Shown: positions 26,706 through 28,433 of the stretch, one piece after another
Layout of the letters: every line of letters starts with the position of its first letter
How positions within the stretch are numbered: position 1 is the first letter of the stretch
Notes under the pieces: generated by a model
Databases searched by the model: none
Told to the model about the DNA's origin: nothing
The model's input: the letters and a program-made list of their open reading frames with translations, nothing else
Translations under genes and position numbers: made by a program
Source: Candidatus Fraserbacteria bacterium
GTDB lineage: Bacteria; Bipolaricaulota; Bipolaricaulia; RBG-16-55-9
NCBI GenBank assembly: GCA_037442925.1
Contig: JBBIPG010000029.1
Span: 1-28,433 of the forward strand
DNA: 28,433 nucleotides
Direction of reading: 5' to 3'

Positions 26706-27676
26706 AAGAACATGGCCCTCGCTATCTTGATCGACAGAATTCAACGACCAAGGAGGAGAGCCATGTCTTTGGTTGAACTCATCATAGCAGTTTACGTGCT
26801 GGTTGACGACTCGTTGAGGGTGGTGTTTGCCGGAAAGACCCCTTGGAGGAAGCGGGGGCCTCGACCGGCCCTCAGTGACAGTGAAGTCCTGGCCATGGAA
26901 GTGATGGGGGAGTTTTTGGGCTACGACACCGATGAGGGGATCTACGACTACTTCTATTGGCATTGGCTCAGCTGGTTTCCGGCCTTGGCACAGGTCCATC
27001 GCACGGAGTTTGTGCGGCAAGCCGCCCGCCTGCTGTGGGCCAAAGAGCGCCTGTGGCAGTACCTGCTGACCTGCCTGCCCTATGACCCGCAGATCTCGAT
27101 CGTGGATAGTTTTCCCTTGTATGTGTGCCAGTTTGCTCGAGCCAAGCGCTGCCGTCGCTTCTATGAGGAAGCGGCCTTTGGCCATGACGAGCTGTTGCGG
27201 CAGACCTTCTACGGCTTCCGCTGGCACCTGCGCGTCAGCTGGCCTGGGGTGATCACGGCGGTTGCCCTGGCTCCCGCTCATACCGCGGATGTGGAGGTGG
27301 CCTCCGAGGTGCTGGCCGGTGCCCGTGGCTGGACGCTGGGGGATCGCAACTACTGGTCTCCCCAACGCCAAGCACAGCTGCGGGAGCGCCAGGGTGTGGT
27401 CCTGCTGGCCCCACCGCGACACCGTGGCCGGGATGCCCAAGCCGGCTGGAGTCGCGGGCTGACGCGCAAGCGCCGCCGCATTGAGACAGTGATCGGGCAG
27501 CTGGTGGAGCGCTTTCATGCCAAGCGGACCTGGGCTCGGGACGTGTGGCACCTGCTGACCCGCGTCTTCCGCAAGATCTTGAGTCACACGGTGGCCGTCT
27601 TTCTCAACGTGCAGAGAGGAGGGGAGCCGCTGCAGTTCGACAAGTTGTTAGCTCATTAGAAACTCGCACATCGCGT
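26677..27676 (+). mobile_element. IS982-family insertion sequence (1000 bp)
   Basis: IRL ACCCCATGTGCAAGTTT (26677-26693) and IRR AAACTCGCACATCGCGT (27660-27676) match 14/17 with 5'-AC termini. Single transposase. No target duplication seen. Confidence 0.9.
26763..27659 (+). CDS. IS982-family DDE transposase (298 aa)
   Basis: AGGAGG before ATG 26763. LSDSEV, IVDSFP, FYGFRWH, LGDRNY, RRRIETVIGQL motifs. Confidence 0.92.
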   Translation: MSLVELIIAVYVLVDDSLRVVFAGKTPWRKRGPRPALSDSEVLAMEVMGEFLGYDTDEGIYDYFYWHWLSWFPALAQVHRTEFVRQAARLLWAKERLWQYLLTCLPYDPQISIVDSFPLYVCQFARAKRCRRFYEEAAFGHDELLRQTFYGFRWHLRVSWPGVITAVALAPAHTADVEVASEVLAGARGWTLGDRNYWSPQRQAQLRERQGVVLLAPPRHRGRDAQAGWSRGLTRKRRRIETVIGQLVERFHAKRTWARDVWHLLTRVFRKILSHTVAVFLNVQRGGEPLQFDKLLAH

Positions 27677-27719
27677 ATCTTAGCTTACCTCACCCTTAAC
27701 TGCACACATCAGGGAGACT

Positions 27720-28175
27720 ACCCACTTTCTGGCCTGGCACAAATGGAAGCTCGGGTGGCTGGAGGCATCTCAACTCCTCTGCTTGAATAGTGGACAAGTT
27801 GAGGAGACGATTACACCGCTAGAGGTCTCTGGTGGAGTCAAGTCGATTGCCATTCTCACAAGCCGCTCCACTGCTTATGTCATTGAAGTCCGCCAGCTGA
27901 TCGGCCAAGACAGTCTCCTCTGCGACAAGGGGGTGCTGGTGTACAAGGTCGATGCGACTGCTCAGAGTGGATTCATGCCGATTGTTGTTAAACCGGCACT
28001 GACAGGTGACGACCCTGAGCAGATTGAGAAGTGCGGGCTTTTGTACAACGCCCCTTTTGATCTTGGGCCAGGGGAGGTATCTAAGTTTGAAGTTCCGGCG
28101 ATTGGGCTGGTCATTGAAGTGCTGAGTGCTTCGGGCGGTGCCTACAAGGTTCGTGTAAGCAAGCAGAGCGACTGA
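27720..28175 (+). pseudogene. C-terminal remnant of an M6-family metalloprotease-domain protein
   Basis: Extending the 27783 ORF upstream in frame gives THFLAWHKWKLGWLEASQLLCL...TPLE..GGVK...AYVIEVR...CDKGVLVYKVD, the post-catalytic part of M6-domain proteases. In-frame stop at 27681 and no HExxH. Confidence 0.75.
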
Positions 28176-28259
28176 TCCAGCAGCCTTTGCAGTTGCGGCA
28201 GGTCAGACTCGCCCCGTTTCGGGCGACAATATGGGCATGATAGAGCTCAACGATCTCAG

Positions 28260-28433
28260 AAGGAGGAGATCAAGATGACAAGTAAGCTGAGCCGCAAGCG
28301 GAGACCGGGCAGGCACTAGGGCTCTTGGTACTGGGCCTAGTTCGGTTCCTAACTGGGTCTCTCTGATGGACGTGTCTGACGGCCAGTATGTAGCAGCCCA
28401 AGACCCGACGGCCCGAGAGCCGCAAAGTGTGGC
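28260..28433 (+). pseudogene. Possible degraded start of a secreted-protein gene
   Basis: AAGGAGG then ATG 28275 gives MTSKLSRKRRPGRH*. A hydrophobic ALGLLVLGLVRFL continues in a shifted frame. Confidence 0.3.

Noticed and set aside
26670..27587. 305-aa minus-strand ORF in the IS
   Set aside because: Antisense to the transposase, with no domain features.
1..28433. CRISPR array or rRNA
   Set aside because: No regularly spaced repeats with unique spacers and no rRNA-like sequence. The repeats seen are protein-coding or short hairpins.

Overview
Bacterial chromosome segment with moderately high GC. Gene style and a cysteine-containing beta-barrel-like protein suggest Ca. Bipolaricaulota/Acetothermia or a relative, but this is inference only. 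The left half is mostly core genes. It holds a minus-strand sufC-sufB-sufD-sufU-Rieske-sufS-trxA operon whose SufB carries TWO LAGLIDADG inteins and whose promoter overlaps an IscR/Rrf2-like box. It also holds a short FAD-domain-only TrxB-like gene, gatB, class II ribonucleotide reductase nrdJ, a UPF0173 metallo-hydrolase, an HtrA/DegP protease, a TPM-domain protein and five tRNAs (Pro-GGG, Pro-CGG, Gly-TCC, Arg-TCT, His-GTG). Accessory DNA starts right after tRNA-His: an internally deleted AAA/DUF4143 ATPase pseudogene, then a two-gene operon (putative outer-membrane beta-barrel plus a ~1860-aa secreted protein with six 4-Cys Ig-like repeats, a central hydrophobic segment and a long DxDxDG Ca-binding repeat tract). 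The operon's promoter has SARP-type 11-bp-period direct repeats and faces a divergent SARP/BTAD activator. A 1000-bp IS982-family element truncates that activator, and an N-terminally truncated M6-family metalloprotease lies on its far side. The barrel + giant passenger + SARP module is the best candidate for an undescribed system. No database searches were run.
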